64,000 nt of DNA from an uncultured Clostridium sp. GTDB taxonomy: Bacteria; Bacillota; Clostridia; TANB77; CAG-465. Of the stretch, positions 1-9,357 are shown in pieces (position 1 is the stretch's first letter; each line of letters begins with the position of its first letter). Location: assembly GCA_948470565.1 (NCBI GenBank), contig CAOKPF010000001.1, forward strand, positions 5,866 through 69,865, written 5' to 3'. Below the pieces are notes generated by a model, which saw only the letters and a program-made list of their open reading frames with translations, had not been told where the DNA came from and searched no databases. The translations under genes and the position numbers were made by a program.

Positions 1-118
1 GAAAGTCCATTGATATTTATATCCTATATAAGTAATAAAATTAAATAGTATTATTTCAATAATATATATTAATCATAAATTATTTTATCAGTAGTATAAT
101 TTATTAGGAGTGAGATTC

Positions 119-457
119 ATGAAATCAAATAGTAAAGAAAAAAAGAAGTGGTATAAAAGTATTATTAAAAATATAAAACAAAAAGGAAATTTAGATGAAG
201 CCAAAAATAAATTTTCTGATTTTCTTGAATTACCTCCAGAGGTTGCAAATAATTCTACTAAAATATCTATTATTGAAGATTCAGATGTATTAATTGAGGG
301 TTATAAACAAATAATTGATTATTACGAAGATTATATAAAAATAAGAACACAAAATTTAGATGTAGTAATAGATGGTAAAGGCTTAGATATAAAGGAAATA
401 ACAGATTATGAATTAGTAATTAGTGGAACAATATATAGTTTAAATTATAAAAAATAA
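119..457 (+). CDS. yqfC: sporulation protein YqfC-like
   Basis: Roughly 110 aa with an ELPPEV...ITI...G-rich core typical of YqfC. Sits directly upstream of yqfD. AGGAG RBS 8 nt before ATG at 119 (ORF track start 110 is probably too early). Confidence 0.6.
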   Translation: MKSNSKEKKKWYKSIIKNIKQKGNLDEAKNKFSDFLELPPEVANNSTKISIIEDSDVLIEGYKQIIDYYEDYIKIRTQNLDVVIDGKGLDIKEITDYELVISGTIYSLNYKK

Positions 458-467
458 CGGAGGAATT

Positions 468-1664
468 ATGGGAATTGATAAAAACATTCAAAATATGATA
501 GGCATAGTAACAATTCAAATAGAGGGATTTTTTACAGAACGTTTTATAAATCTGTGTAAAATAAATAATATAAAAATTTGGGATATTAGAAATATAGTAA
601 AAGGCGTCATAAGATTTAAAATGAATATATCAGATTTTAAAAAATTAAGGAAGATTGCAAGAAAAACGAAGTGCAAAGTTAAAATAAAGGAAAAGAAAGG
701 ACTATATTTTAAATTTCATAAATATAGAAATAGAAAATTAATCTTTATACTAGTATTTCTTATGATATGTTTTAGTATTTTATTTTCAACTTTTGTATGG
801 AATATAGATATAAGGGGAAACGAATATGTAACTAATGAGCAAATTGAACAAGCCCTTAAAAATTCAGGGTTATATGTAGGTAGAAACAAATTAACACTTA
901 ATACTACAGAAGTAATAAATAATTTTAGAATAGAAATATCAGATATTACTTGGATAGGAATTGAACTAGATGGTACAAAAGCTATAGTAAATATTGTAGA
1001 AAAAACAAGGCTTGATAAGAGTGCGGTTCAGGAAACAAGTGTAGGAGATATTGTAGCGGATAAGTCAGGAATTATTACTAAAGTTGTACCAGAAAATGGT
1101 ACTTCAAAGTATAAAGTTGGAAGTTATATAGAAGAGGGAATGGTTGCAATTGAAGGCAAGATATATAGTGAACATTTTGAACCAATTGATGTAACTGCAA
1201 AAGGGATAGTAATGGTTGATACAGAATATAACTACGAAAAAGAGTATAATTATGAGGATATACAAAAAGAATATACAGGTAAAAAAAGATATTCTTTAGG
1301 AATTAGCATTAATTCTAAAGAATTTATGCTCAATTATTTGAATAAAAACAAAAAATATGATATAAATAAATATAGTAAATGTATTAACATATTTGGAAAC
1401 AGTATATCATTTGATTGGTACAGTTGTAATGAATATGTAGAAAATAGTATAATGTATAACAAGGAAGAGTTATTAAATATTGTAGAACAGGATACACAAA
1501 ATTATTTAGAAAATAATATATTTACTAATTGTAAAAATCCAACTTTGAAGAGTAAAGATGTTATGGTAGAGGATACAATAAATGGTATATTGGTAAAAAC
1601 AAAGTATGTTGTAAATGAACAAATTGGAAAATTTGTTGAAAGGGGAGAAAATGCACCAGAGTAA
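468..1664 (+). CDS. yqfD: stage IV sporulation protein YqfD
   Basis: 398 aa, the same length as B. subtilis YqfD. One TM segment near residue 90. Conserved yqfC-yqfD-ybeY neighbourhood. Confidence 0.6.
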   Translation: MGIDKNIQNMIGIVTIQIEGFFTERFINLCKINNIKIWDIRNIVKGVIRFKMNISDFKKLRKIARKTKCKVKIKEKKGLYFKFHKYRNRKLIFILVFLMICFSILFSTFVWNIDIRGNEYVTNEQIEQALKNSGLYVGRNKLTLNTTEVINNFRIEISDITWIGIELDGTKAIVNIVEKTRLDKSAVQETSVGDIVADKSGIITKVVPENGTSKYKVGSYIEEGMVAIEGKIYSEHFEPIDVTAKGIVMVDTEYNYEKEYNYEDIQKEYTGKKRYSLGISINSKEFMLNYLNKNKKYDINKYSKCINIFGNSISFDWYSCNEYVENSIMYNKEELLNIVEQDTQNYLENNIFTNCKNPTLKSKDVMVEDTINGILVKTKYVVNEQIGKFVERGENAPE

Positions 1665-2166
1665 TATACAAATAGATTTAGATGAATACTTAAATAAATA
1701 CATGTATAAAAATACAGGAAAAAGCGATATAACAAATAATGTGAAGAATATAGTATATTATGCACTTCAAGAAGAAAATATAAATATTGAAAATGTAAGT
1801 GTATCTATAAAAACAGTATCAGCAGAAGAAATAAAAGATATTAACAGAGAATATAGAGGAATTGATAGATCAACAGATGTTCTATCTTTTCCAATATTCG
1901 AAAAAGAAGAATTAGATATATTAAAAAATCAAGATAATAAAGGAAAAAAATTACATGAAATTGAACTGGGAGATATACTTCTTTGTTTAGATATAATAAA
2001 ACAGCATTCAATAGAATATGGAACTGGTATAGAAAGAGAAATATTATATATGATTACTCATGGAATTTGCCATTTACTAGGTTATGATCACATAAAAGAA
2101 GAGGATAAGAAAGAAATGAGGATATTGGAGGAAAAGATATTATCTAAAATTGAGGTGACTGAGTAA
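1651..2166 (+). CDS. ybeY: endoribonuclease YbeY (rRNA maturation factor)
   Basis: HGICHLLGYDH zinc-binding motif (HxxxHxxxxxH). About 150-170 aa. The start overlaps the yqfD 3' end; 1615 is an alternative start. Confidence 0.8.
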   Translation: MHQSNIQIDLDEYLNKYMYKNTGKSDITNNVKNIVYYALQEENINIENVSVSIKTVSAEEIKDINREYRGIDRSTDVLSFPIFEKEELDILKNQDNKGKKLHEIELGDILLCLDIIKQHSIEYGTGIEREILYMITHGICHLLGYDHIKEEDKKEMRILEEKILSKIEVTE

Positions 2167-2967
2167 ATGAAAAATAATAAGAAAGATGAAAAAAAAGTTG
2201 AAATAGACAACTATGAAAAATTAAAGAATGTAAAAAATAAGACTTTTTACACTGCCCTGGGACATGCTTTAGATGGAGTGATTAGAGCCTTTAAAACTGA
2301 GAGAAATTTAAGAATTGATTATATAATAGGGGTTGTAGTACTTATAAGTAGTTTGTTTTTTGATTTTACCAAGACAGAATTTGCATGTTTATGTTTAACA
2401 ATAGGATTTGTAATTTTTGCAGAAATGATTAATTCTACGGTAGAATATATAGTTGACTTGATTACAGATAAATATGATGATAGAGCAAAAGCTGCAAAAG
2501 ATATAGCAGCAGGTGGGGTCTTAATATCGAGTGCAGTAGCTGTAATTGTTGCATACTTTTTATTTGTAGATAAATTAGCTAATGCGACAACATCTGTTAT
2601 TTCATCTATACTTTCATCAAAATTGCACATATTGTTTACAATTATTTTCGTGATAATAATTTTAACAGTTATACTAAAAGGGATTTTTGGCAAGGGTGAT
2701 AAATTTGCACAAACATATCCTAGTGCAAGAGTAGCACTTGCATTTGCACTAACAACATATTCATATATAATAACGAGAAATATATTTGTTGGAGGAATTA
2801 CATTTTTGCTTAGTTTAATTATTGCTCAAATAAGAGTTGAGAATACAAAAATAGCCCCAGTTTATATGTTAATTAGTGCTATACTTGGTATATTAGTAGT
2901 ATTAATAATATATGAAATAGTATTAGTTGGTCCAGAAGTTGGTAATATAGTAAAAAATTTAATGTAA
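2167..2967 (+). CDS. diacylglycerol kinase family protein (DgkA-like N-terminal domain plus extra C-terminal membrane domain)
   Basis: N-terminal half matches the DgkA/undecaprenol kinase fold (ALGHALDG...AEMINSTVE...DIAAG). The C-terminal ~140 aa add further TM helices. Confidence 0.55.
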   Translation: MKNNKKDEKKVEIDNYEKLKNVKNKTFYTALGHALDGVIRAFKTERNLRIDYIIGVVVLISSLFFDFTKTEFACLCLTIGFVIFAEMINSTVEYIVDLITDKYDDRAKAAKDIAAGGVLISSAVAVIVAYFLFVDKLANATTSVISSILSSKLHILFTIIFVIIILTVILKGIFGKGDKFAQTYPSARVALAFALTTYSYIITRNIFVGGITFLLSLIIAQIRVENTKIAPVYMLISAILGILVVLIIYEIVLVGPEVGNIVKNLM

Positions 2968-2981
2968 TAAGGAGGAATATT

Positions 2982-3518
2982 ATGGAATATGAAGATTATG
3001 AAAAAATAATAGAAAAATTAGAAAAAGAGGAAATAGCAGAATTCCTATTAGACAGTTTAATGTCAAATAGCTCACTTAGAGATAGTTTTGAAATAACATT
3101 TTGTGAATATTGTTCTGATGGAACAAAAGATAGTATAAAAGAATTGTTGTATAATACTATAATGAGAATATCCGATAGAGGTTACATAGATGATGAAACA
3201 GGCAGTTTATTTATGGATATTATGTATGATTATGCTAATAAAGCTAAGGGTTATATAGAGAAAAATGATATAAAAAACGCTATTAATATAGTTGAATCAA
3301 CATTAGAAACAATAGGAGAATTTTATATAGATGGTTCTAATGGTGAACATGGCGATGTTCAAGATATGTTTCTGGAAATAATAGAAGATTTATTAAGTAA
3401 AAGTTCGGCTAGTGAGAAAGAACAATTCCTTATATGGTTAAAAGAATATATAGAAGTTAGCGATGAATTTGTAGATTATAAAGATGAGTTTAAAAATGTG
3501 TATGATAAATATAAATAA
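2982..3518 (+). CDS. hypothetical acidic protein
   Basis: Intact 178-aa ORF with an RBS (aggagg). No motif recognised. Confidence 0.4.
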   Translation: MEYEDYEKIIEKLEKEEIAEFLLDSLMSNSSLRDSFEITFCEYCSDGTKDSIKELLYNTIMRISDRGYIDDETGSLFMDIMYDYANKAKGYIEKNDIKNAINIVESTLETIGEFYIDGSNGEHGDVQDMFLEIIEDLLSKSSASEKEQFLIWLKEYIEVSDEFVDYKDEFKNVYDKYK

Positions 3519-3527
3519 TAATATATT

Positions 3528-3953
3528 ATGGAGGTCGTTATGGATAATGAGAGTTTACTAAAAATTGCAATAAATGCAAGAAAAAATGCTTTAGCAGAAG
3601 TATCGCAATATACAGTAGGTGCAGCACTTCTTGCAAGTTCAGGAACAGTATATATTGGGGCTAATGTAGAAGAGTACAGTATACTAGGTTTATCTAATTG
3701 TGCAGAAAGAGTTGCAATACAAAATGCAATTTCACATGGTGAAAGAAATTTTGTAAAAATTGCAATAGTTGGTGGTAAAAAAGCTTCTGATAAGTTAGAT
3801 GAAATAGCTCCATGTGGAGTATGTTTGCAATATATACTTGATATGTGTAAAAATATTGATATAATTACAATAAAATCAGGAGAAATTGTATCAAATAATA
3901 TTGAAGATTATTTAAAAGTCCCATATGAATTAAATAGTATAGATAATAAATGA
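3528..3953 (+). CDS. cdd: cytidine deaminase
   Basis: CAERVAI...PCGVCLQ zinc-binding motifs of the cytidine deaminase family. Conserved position after ybeY-dgkA. Confidence 0.8.
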   Translation: MEVVMDNESLLKIAINARKNALAEVSQYTVGAALLASSGTVYIGANVEEYSILGLSNCAERVAIQNAISHGERNFVKIAIVGGKKASDKLDEIAPCGVCLQYILDMCKNIDIITIKSGEIVSNNIEDYLKVPYELNSIDNK

Positions 3954-3995
3954 ATAAAAAAACAATTAAGTGCATAACAATTATTAGGTGATAAT

Positions 3996-4706
3996 ATGAC
4001 AAAAAAGTATGCCTTAGTTGTTTTTTTATTCTTATTTCTTATAATTTCGACATATTATATTTCAAGTGGAGTAGATGGAACTGTTTTTGAAGTAAGGGCA
4101 GTAAATTCAAGTTGTAATTATAAAGTTAAAGAAATAAAAGAAGAGGGAAAAAACTATGTTATAGGAGGATATATACCTGATACAGAGTACGAGGTTTTAA
4201 ATAAAAAGGTAAATAATATAACTATTGACTATATAAATGACTTTAAGGAAAATATAGAGGGATTAACACCACTTAGTGAAGATGCTAAATTTGAATTGCA
4301 ATTTACATTTAATTCTTATGAAATGGAAAATTACATATCATTTGAAATAGAAATATATTCATATACTGGTGGAGCCCATCCAAATACTCTTATTGAAACT
4401 GTTGTATATAATAAAAAAGAAAATAATTTTGTAACTATTGAAGATTTAGAAAAACTAGATAATAATATATTGAATAAATTATCTGAATATTCATATAATA
4501 AGCTTAAACAAAACAAAATACTAATTGAAGTAAATGATGAAGGAATGCTAAAAGATGGTTTAAAGCCAGACGACGAAAATTTTGATAAGTTCGTTTTTTC
4601 AGATGAGGGACTAATAGTATTTTTTGAAAGGTATAGTATTGCACCATATTTTGCAGGAGATTTTAGTATATTAGTTCCATACGATGTTATAAATCTTAAT
4701 ATATAA
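3996..4706 (+). CDS. secreted DUF3298/DUF4163-like (RsiV-like fold) protein
   Basis: N-terminal signal/TM segment. YSYTGGAHPNT motif resembles the GGAH motif of DUF3298. Confidence 0.4.
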   Translation: MTKKYALVVFLFLFLIISTYYISSGVDGTVFEVRAVNSSCNYKVKEIKEEGKNYVIGGYIPDTEYEVLNKKVNNITIDYINDFKENIEGLTPLSEDAKFELQFTFNSYEMENYISFEIEIYSYTGGAHPNTLIETVVYNKKENNFVTIEDLEKLDNNILNKLSEYSYNKLKQNKILIEVNDEGMLKDGLKPDDENFDKFVFSDEGLIVFFERYSIAPYFAGDFSILVPYDVINLNI

Positions 4707-4717
4707 ATATTTATTAA

Positions 4718-4758
4718 AACAGTAAACATATATATTTATAAGTTTACTGTCTATTTAA
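4718..4758 (+). terminator. rho-independent terminator
   Basis: Hairpin aacagtaaac...gtttactgt followed by a T-rich tract. Confidence 0.5.
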
Positions 4759-4823
4759 TAAAAAATATATAATTGTAATTGAAAAAGTATTTAGTATTTG
4801 GTATAATAATAAACATATGAGGG

Positions 4824-7676
4824 ATGGATATGAAAATAAATAGAAATAAAGATTTTGATTCAACGCTTAATCTTCCAAAAGAAACTATATCTATAATAAG
4901 TGATTTAATAAAGAAAGAAAAATATTTTTTAAATAGCATACAAGATTATAAAAAATATAATAATGCTATCGAGAAGAATAAATTAAATGGCAAAAATTAT
5001 AATTTAGCAAGTATTCCTTTTGAAATAAATGATAAAAGTACTCCAACCCAATTAATTAACTCAATTTACAAAGATATATATATAAGACATCAGATAATGA
5101 TGGGTAACATTATAACTCATCATATAAGTTTTATTGAAAAAGGTAGTACTAATAATGAAAAGGTCAATGGTTTAAAATTAAAAGAGCAAGTAAAATATAA
5201 AAATATAAAAGAAGATGAATTAAAAGATACTACTAAAAATATTATACATGAAATAAAAAAAATGGGGGTAGTTAGCAACTATAATAATAATATAGAAAGT
5301 AGTTTTGATGAAAATACTGAAGAAAGAGTAGTTGAAAATTTTTTTAAATCATATAAAAATGGTAATATATACAAGCAGATAAGACCTGTTCATTGGTGTA
5401 CTAAATGTAAAAGTGAAATTTCACAAAGTGATGTTATAATACAAAAGGCTAGAAAAAATAATGTATATATAAAATATCGAATTAAAAATTGTGGAGAGAT
5501 TTATGAGGCAATAAATCCAAATGAAGAGATGTATTTTATTGTTGCAACAATAAGACCTTGGGTTCTTGAATCTAGTGATAGTATAGTTGCATGTAAGAAT
5601 ATGGAATATAGTATAGTAAATGTAACAGAAAATAACAAGAGTATTTACTATATTATAGCTTCTGAATGTGTAGATACTGTAATGGAAAATGCATTCTTTC
5701 TTAGATATAATATTATAAAAAAAATAGATGCAAGTAAGCTACAAAATATTATATGTTATAATCCATTAGATGAAAATAGAGAAGTAAAATTAATATATTC
5801 AACTCGTGAAAAAATAATGATAAATGATAATGATTTTACAGGGATAAATGTTGTTTCTAATACACATACATATATTGATTATTTAATAGAATTAGAAAAT
5901 AATATTGATAATTTAAAATCAATTATAGATGGTGAAGGAAATGTATATCCAAGTACTATAAAATTTAATGGTAAATTTTATAAAGATGTACAAAAAGATG
6001 TAGTAGATTACTTGAAAGAAAAGGGACTAATTTTATCTGTAATGCCAATAACTACATCTATAAATAAATGTAGTACATGCAAAACTGAACTTGTATATAA
6101 AATTGCTAATGAATGGTATATAAAAAGAGATAATGAGGTAAAAGATGAATTAAAAAATGCAATTTCTAATATAAAAAATGTGCTGAAAATACAGGATAAT
6201 AGTTTAAAAAATAATGTATTTGATATGCTTGATAAAATAAGTTTGAAAGATGAACTAAAAATTTCAGTTAATAAAAAAATTGGTATACCAATTCCTATGT
6301 TTTTCTGCGCTGATTGTGGTAAATATTTAAGTGGTGATAAATATTTTGAAATAATAAGGGATTGTATTGGGAAAAATGGTATATCTTCATTGTACAATAT
6401 GACACCTGATCAAATTTTAGGTAAAGAAATAGTATGTGAGTGCGGTAGTAATTTTTTCTTTAAAGATGATGGGGTATTTAATAATACATTTATATTATCA
6501 TCAATGCAATTTTTAAGTAAGAGTGAACAACAAAAAAGTGATGCAAATATATGTATAGCAAGTTCAAAGGAATTTTTAAAGCAAGTTTATAGTTTAAGTT
6601 ATAATAAAACAGGAGTAGAAAATTTAAGTAAATTAGATTTAATTTTAGTACATTCTGGAATTAATGAGAATATAAAAATTGTAACAATACCAATATTTTT
6701 TGATAAGTACGATGAAAATTCGTTAAGTGATTTAATTACACAAAATATAGGAATAAATGATGTAGTAAAAAAATATAGTACAGATGTATTAAGATTATGG
6801 GCAATGTCTGTTTTTAATGAAAATAATGTAAAATTAGAGGAACAAGATATTGTAAAAATAAATTCAGATTATTTAAATATAAGAAGATGTTTAAAGTATA
6901 TTTTATCAAATTTATATGATTTTATACCAGTAAGAAATTACATAGAAATAAATGATAGAACTGATTTAGATAAGTATATATATACAAAATTATATGATTT
7001 GAATGTTAATATAGATTTATGGTATGAAGATGGAATGTATAATAAAGTATATAAAGAAGTTTTTAATTTTTGTAAAAATTTCTTAACACGAGACTATTTT
7101 TCAACTTTAAAATATAGGTTATATATCTTAAGTGAAGATGATAAGATAAGAAGAAGTACACAGTCAACTTTACATGATATTTTAAATGCTTTGGTATTAT
7201 GGTTATCGCCAGTAATTCCATTTACCATAGAGGAGATATGGCCTTTCGTATGGAATAAAAATAATGATGAACAAATAAATGTACTTATGTATAGAAATGA
7301 ATTAAAAGAATACGATTTTAGAGATGTAATAGATAAATGGGATAAAATATTTGATTTTAAAAGAAAAATTACAAGGTATATAGAAAATGCCAAAAAAGAT
7401 AAAGTGATAGAAAATACATTTCAAGCTAATGTTTTGTTACAAACAACACCAAAGTCAGTTGAATTTATAAATGATAATAAAGATGAAATAGTGAGGGCTT
7501 TAAATATTTCTGAAATTGAGGCAGAAGAAAGTAATAAAAGATCTGTGAAAATTACAAAAACGACAGCACAGATGTGTCCTAGGTGTCGTAATTATACTGA
7601 TTCAATTGGTAAGTTATTGGAGTATAGATATTTGTGTGAAGATTGTGCTAAAATTTTAGTTAGCAAGAAAAGCTAG
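4824..7676 (+). CDS. isoleucyl-tRNA synthetase paralogue lacking HIGH and KMSKS motifs (predicted non-catalytic)
   Basis: Collinear similarity to IleRS along the full length: STLNLPKE N-terminus; KQIRPVHWCTKCKSEISQSDV versus the PVHWC.xC zinc-knuckle region; RPWVLE versus TTPWTLP; IGIPIP versus WGVPIP; TDVLRLWAMS versus GADILRLWVAS; ALVLWLSPVIPFTIEEIW; C-terminal CPRC...CEDC zinc finger. In place of HIGH the sequence reads KSTPTQL, and in place of KMSKS it reads DENSLSD. Confidence 0.75.
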   Translation: MDMKINRNKDFDSTLNLPKETISIISDLIKKEKYFLNSIQDYKKYNNAIEKNKLNGKNYNLASIPFEINDKSTPTQLINSIYKDIYIRHQIMMGNIITHHISFIEKGSTNNEKVNGLKLKEQVKYKNIKEDELKDTTKNIIHEIKKMGVVSNYNNNIESSFDENTEERVVENFFKSYKNGNIYKQIRPVHWCTKCKSEISQSDVIIQKARKNNVYIKYRIKNCGEIYEAINPNEEMYFIVATIRPWVLESSDSIVACKNMEYSIVNVTENNKSIYYIIASECVDTVMENAFFLRYNIIKKIDASKLQNIICYNPLDENREVKLIYSTREKIMINDNDFTGINVVSNTHTYIDYLIELENNIDNLKSIIDGEGNVYPSTIKFNGKFYKDVQKDVVDYLKEKGLILSVMPITTSINKCSTCKTELVYKIANEWYIKRDNEVKDELKNAISNIKNVLKIQDNSLKNNVFDMLDKISLKDELKISVNKKIGIPIPMFFCADCGKYLSGDKYFEIIRDCIGKNGISSLYNMTPDQILGKEIVCECGSNFFFKDDGVFNNTFILSSMQFLSKSEQQKSDANICIASSKEFLKQVYSLSYNKTGVENLSKLDLILVHSGINENIKIVTIPIFFDKYDENSLSDLITQNIGINDVVKKYSTDVLRLWAMSVFNENNVKLEEQDIVKINSDYLNIRRCLKYILSNLYDFIPVRNYIEINDRTDLDKYIYTKLYDLNVNIDLWYEDGMYNKVYKEVFNFCKNFLTRDYFSTLKYRLYILSEDDKIRRSTQSTLHDILNALVLWLSPVIPFTIEEIWPFVWNKNNDEQINVLMYRNELKEYDFRDVIDKWDKIFDFKRKITRYIENAKKDKVIENTFQANVLLQTTPKSVEFINDNKDEIVRALNISEIEAEESNKRSVKITKTTAQMCPRCRNYTDSIGKLLEYRYLCEDCAKILVSKKS

Positions 7677-7719
7677 AATATGTAATTTTGTATAAATTTT
7701 TTAAAAATTACATAATCTA

Positions 7720-7750
7720 CTTGACATAATATGTTGTTTTATATATAATA
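7720..7750 (+). promoter_or_regulatory. sigma-A-like promoter
   Basis: cTTGACAtaatatgttgttttataTATAAT, 17-nt spacer. Confidence 0.4.
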
Positions 7751-7801
7751 TTAAGTAGATAATAGTTGTAATACTTTAATAATTTAAAGGAGGAATTTTG
7801 T

Positions 7802-8199
7802 ATGATTATACAGGAAAAAGGTGGAAATATTTTAGAAAGTGGCGAAACTCGGATAGCTTTTGCAGTTAATATTGAAGGATTTAATGATGCAGGATTTGCC
7901 GGAACTGTTCAAGTAAGTATTGGCCAGAACTTGCAAACTATGGAAAATGTGAACTAGGTACAGTTTTGACTAAGTCTGTTAAAGGAATAACATTTTATGC
8001 ATTAGTATGTCATTCTTTGAAAACTGGCTGGAATAGTCAAATTGAAACTATAAGGAAATGTTTTGACTCTATAGAAACAGATGAGCCTATTGCAAGTATA
8101 TCCATTGGTACAGGATTGATAGGAGTATTAAGTGGAGCTGATTTTAATTTGATTAGAAGGGGGATGGAGCTTTCTAAAAAGAAAATTATACTTTATTAA
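7802..8199 (+). pseudogene. macro-domain (ADP-ribose binding/hydrolase-like) gene disrupted by a stop/frameshift
   Basis: Two adjacent frames (7802-7951 and 7966-8199) together resemble a macro domain: AGFAGTV...GxxLT...FYALVCHS...ASISIGTGLIGVLSGADF, compare SVAFPAISTGVYGYP. There is a stop codon at 7952 and a frame change before 7966. Confidence 0.45.
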
Positions 8200-8540
8200 A
8201 ATAAAAATCACTTTATAGTTAAAATGGAAATAGTAAAAGATAAATCAATATATTACTATTTTCATTTTTTGTTATTAAAAATCATTTTCTCTTTGTTGTA
8301 TAAATAATATTAAATTTTATGTATAAAGATGTATAGTCTTATAATATATTATACTAGTATATATTAATTTTATATTTTTATCATCAGGAATTAAGAGTAA
8401 CAAAATAATGTTTAGAAAATAGATGGTGACTGGTGCAAAAATGTAAAAATAAAATTGAAAATAGCTTTTTCGAATAAAATATAGCAAAAAAAGTCCGAAA
8501 ATAGAGCAAAGCAACACAATTAATATTATGTTAATTTTTA

Positions 8541-8570
8541 CTTAAGCTATTGACACCAACCTAATATGTA
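8541..8570 (+). promoter_or_regulatory. strong consensus promoter in a long noncoding region
   Basis: TTGACAccaacctaatatgtaTAAATAT (perfect -35, 17-nt spacer). No ORF downstream. Confidence 0.4.
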
Positions 8571-9252
8571 TAAATATAGCATACATTAACGTCATCTATA
8601 AATCTTAATTGAACTGTGTGTTCGTTAAAGTTGGTTAGTTTTTTTGATACTCAATACGCCTTTAAATCCATGTTGGATAAGATGGTACTTCGGGCTGTGA
8701 GGGTAAGAACCTTATTGCAAAAAACTGACAATATACACTAAGAAGTAAGACTTAAAAATACCTAAACTTTTTATTGTTTTTTATTCATTTGTTATAATTT
8801 ATACCAAAAAGAGAAGATAAATTTTCCCCTTTATCTTCTCGACATTTCAATGAAACTATAATCTTTACAAATAGAAGAAAAGAAATATAAAGTAACTTAC
8901 TTCCTATTTGTTATTTACATTATACAACACTTATTTTATTTGTCAATATTAGTTTACAATAAAAATACTAACTTTTATTGTTTAACTATCGTTATATGTC
9001 TGCTTTGTATATTTATATGGCTCTTCTGGAAAGTACGTGATGTTTATCATAATTAAAATAACTTACTTAATATTATTATTTTTATACTCTTATTTCTATA
9101 TGTTTATTATCTAATAAGAATTAATTGTCATACATTTTTTGTAAGAGCCATTTATATTTTACTACTAACAACAGTACAAGCTAAGTATATTAATTTTAAA
9201 CTTTTATCATTAAATTTCTTGCAATTTTTAAGTTTATATTGTATAATTAACG

Positions 9253-9338
9253 TATCACCAAGCGATAGAAAGCTATGAACCTTGTCAGGTCTGGAAGGAA
9301 GCAGCAATAAGTAGTTATTTCTATGTGTTTGGTGTATT
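9253..9338 (+). ncRNA. ffs: signal recognition particle RNA (small 4.5S-type, domain IV)
   Basis: ccttgtcaggtctggaaggaagcagcaataag matches the SRP domain IV consensus (CAGGUCCGGAAGGAAGCAGC, GGAA tetraloop). 5' atcaccaagcgatagaaa pairs with 3' tttctatgtgtttggtgtat. Promoter TTGCAA-17-TATAAT at 9219-9247. Conserved position immediately upstream of dnaX. Confidence 0.7.
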
Positions 9339-9357
9339 ATTGTATAAGGGTGAGAAT

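Noticed and set aside
4700-4830. T-box leader upstream of the IleRS-like gene
   Set aside because: Only a terminator hairpin of the preceding gene and an RBS are present. No specifier-loop/antiterminator T-box sequence (AGGGUGGNACCGCG) was found.
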